From: Leptolyngbyaceae cyanobacterium
Lineage (GTDB): Bacteria > Cyanobacteriota > Cyanobacteriia > Phormidesmidales > Phormidesmidaceae
Direction: 5' to 3'
Assembly (NCBI GenBank): GCA_965263355.1
Contig: CBDHHL010000029.1
Location: 1-64,000, forward strand
Length of the DNA stretch: 64,000 nt
Shown here: positions 20,001 through 29,830 of the stretch, in pieces
Numbering within the stretch: position 1 is the stretch's first letter
How the letters are laid out: each line of letters begins with the position of its first letter
The notes under the pieces: model-generated
What the model was told of the DNA's origin: nothing
Databases searched by the model: none
Seen by the model: only the letters and a program-made list of their open reading frames with translations
Program-made: the position numbers and the translations under genes

Positions 20001-20823
20001 GATTGCGGAAGCTGAGGCCAGGATAGCGGTTGAGCGTGCTAGAGCAGAGGGCGCTAGTGCTGATGAGATTCAGGCATTGCAGCAGATAGCGAGACTGAGA
20101 GAGCAAGAAACCGAAGCGCTACAAAGTCAAGCTCAATCCAAAAAAGATATCTTATCTATTCAGTTTGAACAACTAGACGCCGATCAAGAGCTAGCCAACC
20201 AGCGGGCGCTCCAGGAGAGGCGAGAACAAGCGATTCAGTCCTTTAGGGAGCAACAAAAAAAACTAGCTGACGAGCAGCTAAAGGTAGAAAAAGATATTGC
20301 GAGTGAGACGGAGCGACGAGAGCGGGCGACTTCTAACATTGTGTCGGCATTAGCTGGGTTGTCTGACATTTCATCTGAGGATGCGCTGGGGAGCCTTGAT
20401 CAATTAGAAGACAATGCTCGAACTGCCAGGAGAGCTGGCGCATTAGATGCCGATCAATTCGGTCAGCTGCAGGGTGCTATCGACCAAGCTCAAAGATTTA
20501 GCCGTACTGGCGATGGATTCAGCGTCGAGGAGGCTTTTAGATTCGCTGAGAACAATGCGAACAATCCGTTTGCGGCAGGCATCCTTGACCTAGTTGGGTT
20601 GGGGGGAGTCAGCTCGCTATTGGATTCGCAGCAAGAAATTGCAATCGCAGAGAGTCAAATAGAAAGGCTAGCCAATGGCCTAACAGAGATAAAAGAAGCC
20701 ATTGAGAATAGCCCAGCAGGCATAGAAAGCCTAACCGTTTCAACGCCTGATCCGGTAGCGGATGCTGCGCAAATTACAGCCGATCTAACTCGGCAACAAC
20801 AGATTGCGGAGGGAGTTATCTAA
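17053..20823 (+). CDS. Tail tape measure protein
   Basis: About 1256 aa, Ala-rich coiled coil; tape-measure domain GSAEEAQ..FAATTPFDL..GRLFAEDINQL. Confidence 0.9.
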   Translation: MVDAGRVIFQVGIDRVSADRAISQLEQRFAGIGDIDLKIPDAGPAARAARTVQDAFSNIQIPEFNFSANTQQLSRSVQSAKDELLTLEQAIEGLQRQRIDVELKVARGDADLARLDSQLQGLRDKRIQVDVNARAAAAEVQAVDERLKALTRDAVRLELDVESEEAQRELIDVNARIEKLESRRVKVQATIDNVDSEAAKFEAKINELEARSIKVEANTGDARAQLNQLDRTLEGLSGDDAAATLDRLQRELGSTADAAKKAENETKSFSSALSGLAAGAAFAVVDRLVDAFGGAAEAVVGFVSETLQVGGAARSAESALTTILGSAEEAQSVLQDLSNFAATTPFDLPGIRSAGQQLLAFGFNTNELIPTLEAIGNVAAGVNVPFDELAEIYGKARVQGRLFAEDINQLTGRGVPIIAEFAAQFGVAESEVRELVESGQIGFAELEQAFVSLTGEGGKFFDLLGTQSGTVVGQISNLGDTVTQFQEQLFKAFEPALGAGLQTLTATLEETANSSEALDILSAAGDRLAESLSANPELTERLGEALASLADSGASAVATVLDRIGQALENPENIEAFAEGIETSGEALGNLVEIGIAVADALILVGSTYSSLVDTEAVASGLGGLADALQAIVSVASNVVDGLGSIADGVERVSGAVPGLRNAVENVGRFGPVIGTAKTAFDSFFGGQEAVAAPEIDISNAVPQQDELDKFVRAARSSNEQIAADSIQAAKAAAQARSREDKKAAKEFEEAQKEALANIDIAQQNRIAAVRQNQAAGNISEEQADAQVSEIESDAIRERIQLREDEIAKIEDFASRQAISEKDATDQIRAAREEIADLTLESIESEIDAQDAAREAAEKKAEAAKKAALEQLDAQQRLNDLQAQQVSIQSGIASTALQDQANLIGAQVSLEQSRLSLSRQTLEGKLAEAEAAEDVVAVEEIRDRLLLNQRRSIQAEFNARRQQLQIQQQLTQLDADRQLRLGEIAEAEARIAVERARAEGASADEIQALQQIARLREQETEALQSQAQSKKDILSIQFEQLDADQELANQRALQERREQAIQSFREQQKKLADEQLKVEKDIASETERRERATSNIVSALAGLSDISSEDALGSLDQLEDNARTARRAGALDADQFGQLQGAIDQAQRFSRTGDGFSVEEAFRFAENNANNPFAAGILDLVGLGGVSSLLDSQQEIAIAESQIERLANGLTEIKEAIENSPAGIESLTVSTPDPVADAAQITADLTRQQQIAEGVI

Positions 20824-21314
20824 TGGCCGCCCCAACGACTACAGGACGGGGGATTGTCCTAAACCATGCTGACTACAGCTTGAGTATCACAACATTTGGC
20901 CGTTATCCTGGCAAGTATCCACGGGTTGATGGTCGTTATAAAGGGATCGTTCGTGGCAAACGGGGGGGAGCTGCTAGGACAGGGGCACAGACTAGATTTG
21001 CTATTTGGAATTTTGTTGGGAGTTTAACTCTTGAGCAGCAAGAAACATTAGCCCGAATGGAAGCTGCTTACTGGGGCACTCCTGGCCCATGGGTCATATA
21101 TGACTATACAAATTATTGGTCTGAGAATGGGACGACAAACACTAGAGCGATTGCGCCCAATAGCACAACAGCAGCTGACGCTAATACGATTTGCTACTAT
21201 CCGCAATGGCAAGCCGAGCCAACGAATGAGAGGGGATTTGAATATACTGAGCAATCTGATGGGATTGATAGTGTTCAGTTTCAATTTACCGAATCGGGGG
21301 TTATCGCTGCATGA
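20823..21314 (+). CDS. Putative distal tail (Dit-like) protein
   Basis: Directly follows tape measure; 163 aa. Confidence 0.5.
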   Translation: MAAPTTTGRGIVLNHADYSLSITTFGRYPGKYPRVDGRYKGIVRGKRGGAARTGAQTRFAIWNFVGSLTLEQQETLARMEAAYWGTPGPWVIYDYTNYWSENGTTNTRAIAPNSTTAADANTICYYPQWQAEPTNERGFEYTEQSDGIDSVQFQFTESGVIAA

Positions 21315-24300
21315 CCTCTTTTACTGTTGATGCTCAGGATAAAGACTGGACAGCAAGCTTGGAGATTTTAGACGCTAATCGAGCTTTGATTAGTGGCCCG
21401 CATGATATTTCTGACGCTTTGATTAGCGTCGATATTGACTTTTCCGAACTGAGATCGGGAAACAGGTTAAACGGTTGGTTGGCATGGGAATGCAGTGTTG
21501 TATTAAGCCCAGAATTGTCTACAACAGTTAGCCTTGATAACCGCGATACTGCCTCTAATCCGTCGGGGGCTGAAGTGTTGGCCATGGGAAACCGGATCAC
21601 ACTGAGCATGTGGACGGGGGCAAGTTATGAAAGATTTTGGCCACCGTTTTATATCTTGAGGGAAGCTTCCCCTAGGATAGAAATCCCTACAAGCGATTCT
21701 CAAGCTCAGATCACAATTGACTTAGGGGATCTTGGCAAATCACTAGACTTATTTACCCCAGAAAATAATTACTCAGGAATCACTCAGGGAACAACTACAA
21801 CGCCCACAACGTTAATTCGTAATATCGCGACTCAGATAGGCATCCCAACATCATCAGATACGATCGCGGGCGGTTATTCAGTCAATACAGCTGTCCAGAA
21901 AAAATCTACCCGGTCACCAGTGCGTGAGATTGGGGAAATAGCAGCAGCTCAAAAATATGTTGCTTGGCTTGATTCCAATGAAGAATTAAGACTCACCCCA
22001 GCCGACTTTACGCTCAAAACAGCTCCTGATTTTAGTCTAACTATCGGCATTGGAGGAGACGCAGTTGGCGAGAACGGATGGGAACCCGTCAACCTTGAAG
22101 AACGTCCACCGGGGGAATTAACGGTAACGGGCGGTTCAGACCTCGCTCAAGAGATTGAAAATCCTAGCGTAATCGATCGCACTGTTCCTGGCCCTGGATA
22201 TACATCCCTGACCAGCACTGAAACTAAAACGATAACGCCAGTTGGGGGCGCACCTCAGACAGTAATTACGTATGAAGAACGCCAAGCTGAATTACAGATA
22301 CAGCCTAGGGTGATCACCACGGATAACTCTGGCGTTGTTCCGACGTTGCTGACAGATGTCGATAATACGAATAATGGTCTGCAAGATTCTGAAGATAGTT
22401 CGATCACCCATCGATATAACGGAATCACTAAACGACTGACTGAAACGGTTGAGCTGATTCGTAAAGCACGGGGGCTTAGTGGTGGCGATGCATTCAGAGA
22501 GGAAGAAAACAGCTCAGCACTGACACTACTTGACAATAGTCAAACGACCACGACCTACACTTACGACAATATTTTAGGCGTAGTCAGCTCAAGAAATATC
22601 ACAGAACGTAGGCCGTGGTGCCTCTGGGAATGGGGGGAAGTCACGCCTACCAATTATGATTTGAATCGCTTTTTAGAACGTGATTATTCAATTCAAACGA
22701 CCACTTGGACTAGAGTACTTGACGTTAGTGGAGATCCTACGATTGAGGCGTGGCGCGTTGAGCAAGTTACTCAGCAGCCAAGGGGCGTAATCTTCAAAAA
22801 TTACACGGGGGCATTCCCTGAGACCCTGATAATTAACCCTGACCCTGAATTAACTTTCACTTTGCAGGCCAGTGACGGTTCAACGAGGCCGCCGGATATT
22901 GAATATCAGGAAAGTATTTATACAGAGGAACACCAAGAATTTACGGGGTCAGTGCAGATTGAGCCAATCTCTGGGAATGCCCATAAATGGAAGGAAGGGG
23001 CAATCCGAGTTAATGCTGACGTTATTGTGAGCGATCGCCAGTGCAACGACCTAGCAGAATGGGCGGCAAAATGGCAACACGGATTGAGCCTGGGTCGTTC
23101 ATTTATTGGAGCAATCCCGACAGAATTGTTTACTGCGTTTGACCCGGTATCGCGGGTCGATGTGACTGTTGATGGAAATATTGAAGCTTACTTTTTGAAC
23201 GGGTTTAGCATCTCGTCAAATTTAACTGAGACTCTATTTGGATGTAACGTTGGTTTGATTGGCGAAGTTGGGGCAACGCCGGATGTGGTAACTAGTCCAA
23301 TCACGACAACGACGCTATTGACCCTTAATGTTGAACTCCCTGCGCTAGATGTTGATGTGACAGCGGCGGTTGTTGCAACACCATTGACCCTAGACATTGA
23401 ACTCCCTGCTTTAGATGCTGGCTTAACAATATCAACGCCGACAGTATTAACCCTAGACGTTGAATTGCCTGCTTTAGATGTTGATTTAACCGCATCAACG
23501 CCGACAGCATTAACGCTTGATGTTGAACTTCCTGCGTTAGATGCTGATTTGACGTTTATAGAGAATGATCCTGATGCAGATAATTATTTGGCTGCATTAA
23601 ACGGGACATATACGACAGCGCAGGAATCGGCTATAAATCAATTCTTTGTCACGCTGAAGTCAGACAATACTTATTCAGGACTAGATAGATTGTTAATCCT
23701 AGCTGGTCAAGATGCTGCAGATGCATTGATTGATCTGAAAACTGCAACCACTGTCGCCAATGTCGTTGGCACAGGAACATTTACTGCGGGAACTGGCTAC
23801 ACACTAGGGGATGGGTCGGTAGGAGATGCTTATCTAGAAACTGGTTTTATTCCGTCTAGTCCTGCCAACAATTGGGCTCAAAATTCAGCCACAATTTTCT
23901 GGGGGACTGCTTCTGGGCTCAATGACTCTGGCGTAACGGTTGATATTGGCGGACGTAGCGGAAGTCTGCAAGATGCGGTATTCGTCAAGGCAGACGACAG
24001 CGCAGCGGGCACCTTTACAATTAACAATGACAATAATATTCCACTGCAAAATATATCTGGTACTACGACCATTGGAGTTCATGCCGTACAAAGGACCGCT
24101 GCAACAACAACAACCTTGTATAAAGATGGTTCTGTTGTTGGGTCTCAATCAAATACATCTACTGGCGTTCCAACCGTTGAGCTATGGCTAGGGGGCTTCA
24201 ATAATGGCGGTTCGTTAAATTTCCAGGCAAATCAAAGGACGTATGAAATCGTTGCTTTTGGCGATAGTACAGTTAACGTGGTCACATTAACTAATGCTTG

Positions 24301-24325
24301 GAATACACTAAAAACTGTGTTGTAA
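21311..24325 (+). CDS. Tail hub/tip protein with repeat linker and C-terminal LamG/concanavalin-like domain
   Basis: 1004 aa, Thr-rich; C-terminal YLETGF..HAVQR..TLYKDG..LWLGG pattern. Confidence 0.6.
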   Translation: MTSFTVDAQDKDWTASLEILDANRALISGPHDISDALISVDIDFSELRSGNRLNGWLAWECSVVLSPELSTTVSLDNRDTASNPSGAEVLAMGNRITLSMWTGASYERFWPPFYILREASPRIEIPTSDSQAQITIDLGDLGKSLDLFTPENNYSGITQGTTTTPTTLIRNIATQIGIPTSSDTIAGGYSVNTAVQKKSTRSPVREIGEIAAAQKYVAWLDSNEELRLTPADFTLKTAPDFSLTIGIGGDAVGENGWEPVNLEERPPGELTVTGGSDLAQEIENPSVIDRTVPGPGYTSLTSTETKTITPVGGAPQTVITYEERQAELQIQPRVITTDNSGVVPTLLTDVDNTNNGLQDSEDSSITHRYNGITKRLTETVELIRKARGLSGGDAFREEENSSALTLLDNSQTTTTYTYDNILGVVSSRNITERRPWCLWEWGEVTPTNYDLNRFLERDYSIQTTTWTRVLDVSGDPTIEAWRVEQVTQQPRGVIFKNYTGAFPETLIINPDPELTFTLQASDGSTRPPDIEYQESIYTEEHQEFTGSVQIEPISGNAHKWKEGAIRVNADVIVSDRQCNDLAEWAAKWQHGLSLGRSFIGAIPTELFTAFDPVSRVDVTVDGNIEAYFLNGFSISSNLTETLFGCNVGLIGEVGATPDVVTSPITTTTLLTLNVELPALDVDVTAAVVATPLTLDIELPALDAGLTISTPTVLTLDVELPALDVDLTASTPTALTLDVELPALDADLTFIENDPDADNYLAALNGTYTTAQESAINQFFVTLKSDNTYSGLDRLLILAGQDAADALIDLKTATTVANVVGTGTFTAGTGYTLGDGSVGDAYLETGFIPSSPANNWAQNSATIFWGTASGLNDSGVTVDIGGRSGSLQDAVFVKADDSAAGTFTINNDNNIPLQNISGTTTIGVHAVQRTAATTTTLYKDGSVVGSQSNTSTGVPTVELWLGGFNNGGSLNFQANQRTYEIVAFGDSTVNVVTLTNAWNTLKTVL
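23318..23555 (+). repeat. Four about 63-bp coding repeats (LTLDVELPALDxDLT)
   Basis: Visible in DNA (GTTGAACTCCCTGC-like cores) and in protein. Confidence 0.85.
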
Positions 24326-24335
24326 GGAGGCAAAA

Positions 24336-24704
24336 ATGGTTTCAATTCCACTTTCTGATTCAGCAAAAGAGGCGCAAGTTATAGCCGCGTCAAACGATTT
24401 AGCCAATGGTTCCAGTCAGCCCCCCAGGTGGGAATATGGCGACGGGGTTGGCTTTGCAACAACACTAATTCAGTTTGACCTGGACTTAACAAATCCCTAT
24501 GCTGTCGGCAGCATTACAGCTGGGGCCACGGGTTTGACTAATAGCCCAGTGACCGGGACAGGATTGGCGAACGGGACTGCTACTCATGCCCGTGGAGTTG
24601 ACCGAACAGGCACGGTTATTTGGGGGCCGCTAGCTCTGCCATCAAGTGTATCTGTAACGACTGGTCAAAGCTTTACTTTAGCTTCAACCCTCACTCAGCT
24701 GTGA
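24336..24704 (+). CDS. Virion structural protein
   Basis: AAGGAGG RBS; NGTATHARG..VTTGQ motif of small phage structural proteins. Confidence 0.55.
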   Translation: MVSIPLSDSAKEAQVIAASNDLANGSSQPPRWEYGDGVGFATTLIQFDLDLTNPYAVGSITAGATGLTNSPVTGTGLANGTATHARGVDRTGTVIWGPLALPSSVSVTTGQSFTLASTLTQL

Positions 24705-25684
24705 CTGCCCTAACCCAAAGATTAGCCAGCAAAAATAAGCAACGCACGACTCAACGCATTCAATCTCAAATGGTTGAGGCGAGAATCGGTGCTGCCACTA
24801 TTACTGGCACGCTCACGGGCAGCAGTGCCGAGGGCATCACACTTAGAACAGAATCAGGTGGTTTTCTCACAGTCCCTAGGTCTACTGTTCAAAAACTTTC
24901 ACGGCAACCAGCGATCGGGCAGTCTCGGCAGTTATCGACCGGGGGGCAGTTAGAACTATTAGGCAGCAGTACGGAAACGGTTAACCAGCCTGTTAGTCAA
25001 GCACAACCGCAAGTTAGATATCCTCTTAGGCCGCCTACTCAGGGAGCAGACTTTGGGGCCAATGGCGATTTATGGCTTGAACAAACTGGCATTCAGGGCA
25101 ACTATAACGAAGCCAATGCTTATGTTTGGATACAAAAGTTAGGCCAGTTTGTAAAGTTAGCATCTGGCGGCGTAGTTGTCGCGTTTGAGCCCAATGGCCC
25201 GATCACGTCAGGGACAGTAAACGGTCAGCTGCACTACAACACGACTGATAATTCTTTATCTATTTACGACCAAGCTGCTGATGTGTGGCGGACTATTAGT
25301 AGTGGCGGCGGCGCAACTATTAACTATGTCGCAGGGCCGCCCCCTACGCCAGCTCCCCCAGGCACTGTTAATGGGGAAGGGCATCACGATACTGTGGTTG
25401 ATCGCTTGTGGACTTATGATCTAGCCAATACGACTTGGCGGGCTTCCGGTTCAAAAAACTTCTTCCAAGGGGTTCCGTCGTCTGACCCTAATTCGTTTAT
25501 CAGGGGAGACATGGTTACCATATATCAGGAGGATGGGACGCCTTGCGTTTATATTTGGTCGGATCAATTAAGTGATTGGCTATTGGCGACCTGTTGTCCT
25601 GGCTGCGCTGATGACTTCTTTAATAGTCGATGCGACGATGACGAAGGGTTTAACGGAAATCTTTGTTCTCCACTGCCGCCCTAA
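24701..25684 (+). CDS. Putative tail fibre protein
   Basis: Repeated GDLW / GQLHYNT / GEGHHDT modules; Cys-rich C-terminus. Confidence 0.55.
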   Translation: MTALTQRLASKNKQRTTQRIQSQMVEARIGAATITGTLTGSSAEGITLRTESGGFLTVPRSTVQKLSRQPAIGQSRQLSTGGQLELLGSSTETVNQPVSQAQPQVRYPLRPPTQGADFGANGDLWLEQTGIQGNYNEANAYVWIQKLGQFVKLASGGVVVAFEPNGPITSGTVNGQLHYNTTDNSLSIYDQAADVWRTISSGGGATINYVAGPPPTPAPPGTVNGEGHHDTVVDRLWTYDLANTTWRASGSKNFFQGVPSSDPNSFIRGDMVTIYQEDGTPCVYIWSDQLSDWLLATCCPGCADDFFNSRCDDDEGFNGNLCSPLPP

Positions 25685-25687
25685 ACT

Positions 25688-26590
25688 ATGCAACTTTATT
25701 CTCAATTTCCTCCTGACAAACTGACCACTCAACAAGTAATCAGAAACAACGGCATCAAGCCTGTGATCTCGGCTGATTTCAGAAAGATCTATGGCCTTAC
25801 TTTGTCAGGAGACAATTTTGGTGCTTTTGGCACTAACCCAGACTTCAGTGAGTTGGACAAACAATTTGACCAGGCTACGGGCTTAGACGTTCATATTCAC
25901 CCAATTGTCTGTCGCTATCCTGAGCTAAAAGGCCGCGACTCGTTAGCATTGAAAGGACGTGTTGACAATCTAGCCAGACCAATTGTTGATCATTGCGTCA
26001 GTCGAGGCATCAAAAAAATAACCCTGGCAGGAGAATTAACCCTATGCGGGGACGCTGAGCTTTGGGCAGAGATAGTTGCTTTTTACAAGGCCATCCATGC
26101 GGAATATCCAGAGCTGGAACTTTGGATTTCATCACATAGAATCCGTCAGCAAGGCGATCGCGATAGTATCCTAACTCGACTGGAAGACTTACAGGGCATT
26201 GCCTCAGGTTTTATCGGGGCTGATTATATTAGCCTGTATCGAACAAAGTCTGAGATCCCTGAGCAGATTGGGCCGGTGCAGTGGATGAAAATTTCAGCCA
26301 TGGGAACAGTTTCTCTAATGCGGCTAAATTATCTCCCCCCATTCTGGAGAGAACTGCAAAGCGCTGGGCTTAAGGTCGCGTTTGAAACATCGGCATTGTC
26401 TATGGTTGACCTGCCTATTATTAGAAAAGCACAAACCCAGATATATAGAGAAATCAGCGCCAAATGTGAACATCATGGCGCTGATTTATGGTTGTGGAAT
26501 ATTTGTGAGCAAAGCTCCCGAGACCACCAGGGCAACCATAGTTACTCTGGTATCTGGGACGATCTCGGGAACATGAGACTGAGTATTTAA
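25688..26590 (+). CDS. Hypothetical protein, possible glycoside-hydrolase-like TIM barrel
   Basis: Alternating beta/alpha pattern with glutamates at ITLAGE and KVAFE; weak evidence. Confidence 0.3.
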   Translation: MQLYSQFPPDKLTTQQVIRNNGIKPVISADFRKIYGLTLSGDNFGAFGTNPDFSELDKQFDQATGLDVHIHPIVCRYPELKGRDSLALKGRVDNLARPIVDHCVSRGIKKITLAGELTLCGDAELWAEIVAFYKAIHAEYPELELWISSHRIRQQGDRDSILTRLEDLQGIASGFIGADYISLYRTKSEIPEQIGPVQWMKISAMGTVSLMRLNYLPPFWRELQSAGLKVAFETSALSMVDLPIIRKAQTQIYREISAKCEHHGADLWLWNICEQSSRDHQGNHSYSGIWDDLGNMRLSI

Positions 26591-26893
26591 GTCAAAACCC
26601 TAAGATGCCTTCCCGTTGGCTTTCCGCTTTTCAACGCTGCCTCAGGGAACTCTGGCAACGATACCTCATCAGGGGGCTGAAACACGCCTTTTCGATATCT
26701 GCCGAGATATTCGCCCGTTTCAGAATCAAACTGATAACCCAGCTTAAGAGCTAATTCTTGCCGTTCTTTTGGAATGTCTGAAAGATTCGCCATTGCTAAA
26801 AATCCAAAATAAAACCCCCAGCCGTAGCCGAGGGTTGAAAGAAGTTCCCATTCACACAAACTAAATTCGTGTAAATTACTGCTCGATCTTATC

Positions 26894-27202
26894 CTAAAAA
26901 CCCATGGGCTGAGTCCGGCCATTGATGACCCTGTATGAGTTATCGCCGTAGTGCAACCAGAACTGACGCTGCAGCGGAAAAACAATGCCCCAGCTGTCAG
27001 CGGGGATATCCCAATTGCCCCCTAGTGCTTTGTTCCCGCTATGGATGAACGGGAATGGCAGGTTGTCTCCGCCTACCCCAAGCTTATCCTTGGCCCATTG
27101 GTTTAGCCCTTTAGCAGTGTCGACATCAACGTCCTGCACTGTGGGCTGTTTGACGGCCTCAGTTAGTAGGCCGAATCCGATCTGCTTGATAAGGTTGTTC
27201 AT
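26894..27202 (-). CDS. Hypothetical protein
   Basis: ORF coupled to the upstream gene by an ATGA overlap. Confidence 0.55.
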   Translation of the reverse strand: MNNLIKQIGFGLLTEAVKQPTVQDVDVDTAKGLNQWAKDKLGVGGDNLPFPFIHSGNKALGGNWDIPADSWGIVFPLQRQFWLHYGDNSYRVINGRTQPMGF

Positions 27203-27399
27203 GAGTTCTTGATCAACTCTTTGAGCATGTTCGCTTCAGTGGACTGGGAGTTTTCCTTGATCTCTTGAACGAGATCAGAAACTACGCGGCCTGGTCGTGT
27301 GGTTTGGGTGTAGCTGTACAGCAAGCCTAAGGCTAGTAGGACAATATCATTGCCCAGCCAGGTGGCTAGGTGGTCTGTGAAAAAAGAGGCATTTTCCAT
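27199..27399 (-). CDS. Small single-TM protein (possibly holin-like)
   Basis: Hydrophobic IVLLALGLLYSY segment; 66 aa. Confidence 0.4.
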   Translation of the reverse strand: MENASFFTDHLATWLGNDIVLLALGLLYSYTQTTRPGRVVSDLVQEIKENSQSTEANMLKELIKNS

Positions 27400-27666
27400 G
27401 TCTGTGAAAGCTGAAGGTTCACCTCAAGGATAACAATTTGCTCAGGCGATAGTGTCAATAAGGCCATACGCGCAAAAAAGAACCCCGTCGGTCGGGACGG
27501 GGCGATCACAGGAGTATTTGTTTCGGAGATTTCAAGGCCATTCTAACAAAAAAGCCAGCATTGGCGCTGGCTAAGTTAGTACTATATTTCTGATGTCACA
27601 GAGAAAGAAGTCGCCTACTTGGTCAAAGACTCTGTGGGATGCTCCAAAATTAGTGACGAGACTATT

Positions 27667-28029
27667 CTAGTCTCCCAGTAACTCAACAGCCAACAAACCC
27701 AATCCCATAAGACAACCCCAAGACAAAATCACCCGAATCACGTCACCTCGCCATAGTTCCAGCTTGCTAGGCACTCGCGTATCGTTCCAGGTGTATGGCC
27801 GTTTGGTGTGCCGAATCAGTCTCCTTTCTGCCTCATGGATTGCGTCTTTGTGCATAGTGCAGTACGCAATCCTACACCAGGGTAGTCGTTTTGCCTGGGG
27901 GTATCGGTGGTGGTCCTCCCATCGGCTTCGTAGGTTCACCGACTTGCCAACGTACCAAGTAATAAAAAGCCAACGCACGGCGTAGAGCCCAGGTTTGCTG
28001 GGGAGCCTGTCACGCTTTGTCAGTGGCAT
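27667..28029 (-). CDS. GIY-YIG nuclease-family protein with C-terminal TM helix
   Basis: PGLYAV..WYVGKSVNLRSRW..HH..EAERRLI..WN; hydrophobic tail. Confidence 0.75.
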   Translation of the reverse strand: MPLTKRDRLPSKPGLYAVRWLFITWYVGKSVNLRSRWEDHHRYPQAKRLPWCRIAYCTMHKDAIHEAERRLIRHTKRPYTWNDTRVPSKLELWRGDVIRVILSWGCLMGLGLLAVELLGD

Positions 28030-28289
28030 TGATGCCCAAAATAAAATCATTTTTTGGATCGAACTCTATGTGTCGAGAGATCAAGGACTCTTGAAAAATC
28101 ACAATCTCTTCTAAGGCTTCTAGCCGTTGGGTGTGATTTTTAAGGATGTTCACTTGTTTATTTAGTTCGTCAATTTCTTCTTGCAAGAAAGCAATTTTTT
28201 TATTTTGCTTTCTGCTAGCGTCAGAAGTGAAGATGTTTTCTATCGCCATGATAGCCATGGCTATTAAGCCAAATAACAGAATATCCATT

Positions 28290-28451
28290 TTAATCATCGC
28301 CTCGCATGCGTTTCATTAACTCAACCTGATCTCGCTTATCCATCCCCATGGGCTTATTGCCTTGGCCGCCATTACGACCGCCTGGACCATCAGGCATAAG
28401 AGTCCACAGAATTCCTGCTAGCAAAAATCCCAAAATAGCTTCTGGTGGCAT
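28290..28451 (-). CDS. Small membrane protein (53 aa; below ORF-track cutoff)
   Basis: Manual translation MPPEAILGFLLAGILWTLMPDG...RGDD; fills the operon gap. Confidence 0.5.
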   Translation of the reverse strand: MPPEAILGFLLAGILWTLMPDGPGGRNGGQGNKPMGMDKRDQVELMKRMRGDD

Positions 28452-28453
28452 GG

Positions 28454-28819
28454 TCATTTAGCTCCAAAATAAATTCCTAAAAACACTGAACCGACAAACA
28501 AACTAACGCCTACTAAAACCCCAAATCCCCAAGCACCAACTAACCCACAGGGTGCGCCTAACAATAAAACAGTCCTAAGAACTTTGATCGCGAATTGCCT
28601 TTGAGCTTCAAGCTTTAACGCGGCCAGTTCTTCACCGCCTTCTTCTGACATATGGATTTGAGTCTGCCAGAAATTAGTTATCCCTTGTTCGTATCGTTGA
28701 TGATACGAGTCTTTAAGGATGCTTAATTGTTGCTCTGCCAGGGTAGTTCCCAGTTTTCCTGTTGATTCAATAAGCCGATTAGCAGATGCGGATTTGAGCT
28801 GTATTTCCGTGCTTGCCAT
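28454..28819 (-). CDS. Membrane protein
   Basis: Two C-terminal hydrophobic helices; GGAGG RBS. Confidence 0.55.
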   Translation of the reverse strand: MASTEIQLKSASANRLIESTGKLGTTLAEQQLSILKDSYHQRYEQGITNFWQTQIHMSEEGGEELAALKLEAQRQFAIKVLRTVLLLGAPCGLVGAWGFGVLVGVSLFVGSVFLGIYFGAK

Positions 28820-28885
28820 CCTGACCAACCTCCCAATACATACATTCCCGTCATGCAGGCAAGGAACAATGCGACTTTAATGCTT

Positions 28886-29167
28886 CTAATCATCGATCTT
28901 CCTCCAAACCAAATAGCCAGTCACTAGCGCTGCTATGCCGCTGGCTCCTGATGCCGTATCAATACTTCTGGCTCGATACTCTTTCAAGTCGTGGGATGCG
29001 ATCGCCAGCAATACCTGAGCGACAAACACCATCCCGAAACACGCGCCAGCACCGTAAGCAATTGCTTGCCATCTCGGTGTTTTGATAGTTTCGGCGGGAA
29101 TGTCTATCGTCTTTTCTATCCACCCAGGAAGGTGGCCATAATCAAACGGATCATGAGGGCTGTTCAT
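28886..29167 (-). CDS. Membrane protein (2 TM)
   Basis: Hydrophobic segments; overlapping operon arrangement. Confidence 0.55.
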   Translation of the reverse strand: MNSPHDPFDYGHLPGWIEKTIDIPAETIKTPRWQAIAYGAGACFGMVFVAQVLLAIASHDLKEYRARSIDTASGASGIAALVTGYLVWRKIDD

Positions 29168-29453
29168 ACTGCCTCCATGACTGCGGCTGATATTCCTGGG
29201 TGGGGCGAGTGACCCAGCTCAGCATTAGAAACACCAAAAAAATGGCAACTATACCCCAAATGAGGGGCTGCAGTCGGTTGAATACCGTCGCCCACCGATA
29301 CAGTTGCTCAACAGTTAGCCATGGTTTTCTCGCTTTCTCTAACTGCGAGAGAATGACGCTCAACTCTTCGGCTGGCCCTGAATACTCAACTGTTGAGCCG
29401 TCAGGGCGATTGATTTTAATTTGGGCATTGTTCGCCCTGACGATATTTGACAT
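29151..29453 (-). CDS. Membrane protein (1 TM)
   Basis: LIWGIVAIFLVFLMLSWV. Confidence 0.6.
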   Translation of the reverse strand: MSNIVRANNAQIKINRPDGSTVEYSGPAEELSVILSQLEKARKPWLTVEQLYRWATVFNRLQPLIWGIVAIFLVFLMLSWVTRPTQEYQPQSWRQYEQPS

Positions 29454-29458
29454 TTCCC

Positions 29459-29830
29459 CTAGTCTTCCTCAATCACTAATAGATCTTCAGCAATGGGTGC
29501 ATATGCATCTTGGACGGAGGCAACAAGCATGTTTGCTACTTGCGTATTCACATCTTGCATAAACTTCACAACGTCTTGTGCAGCTGCATCCATCTCTTTT
29601 AAGTAGGCGTTAGCTGTAGCCGCTTTCCATGCGGTTGCGTTGGAAATAGCAATTTGCTCTGGCGTAACCGGAGCAGACACTTCAGTCTTGATATTCTCTG
29701 CAGCCTGAGAGCCGTTCAACTTGGCAGTACTACGCTTTTTAGTGCGCCGTTCAATTTTATTGCTTTGACCGGCGTTAGCAGTAGCTAGCGCGCCATCCTT
29801 AGGTTTTGCCTGAAATTCACTCATTATCAT
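29459..29830 (-). CDS. Hypothetical helical protein
   Basis: ORF in operon. Confidence 0.55.
   Translation of the reverse strand: MIMSEFQAKPKDGALATANAGQSNKIERRTKKRSTAKLNGSQAAENIKTEVSAPVTPEQIAISNATAWKAATANAYLKEMDAAAQDVVKFMQDVNTQVANMLVASVQDAYAPIAEDLLVIEED

Noticed and set aside
21311..25684. Diversity-generating retroelement acting on tail genes
   Set aside because: No reverse transcriptase and no template/variable repeat pair seen
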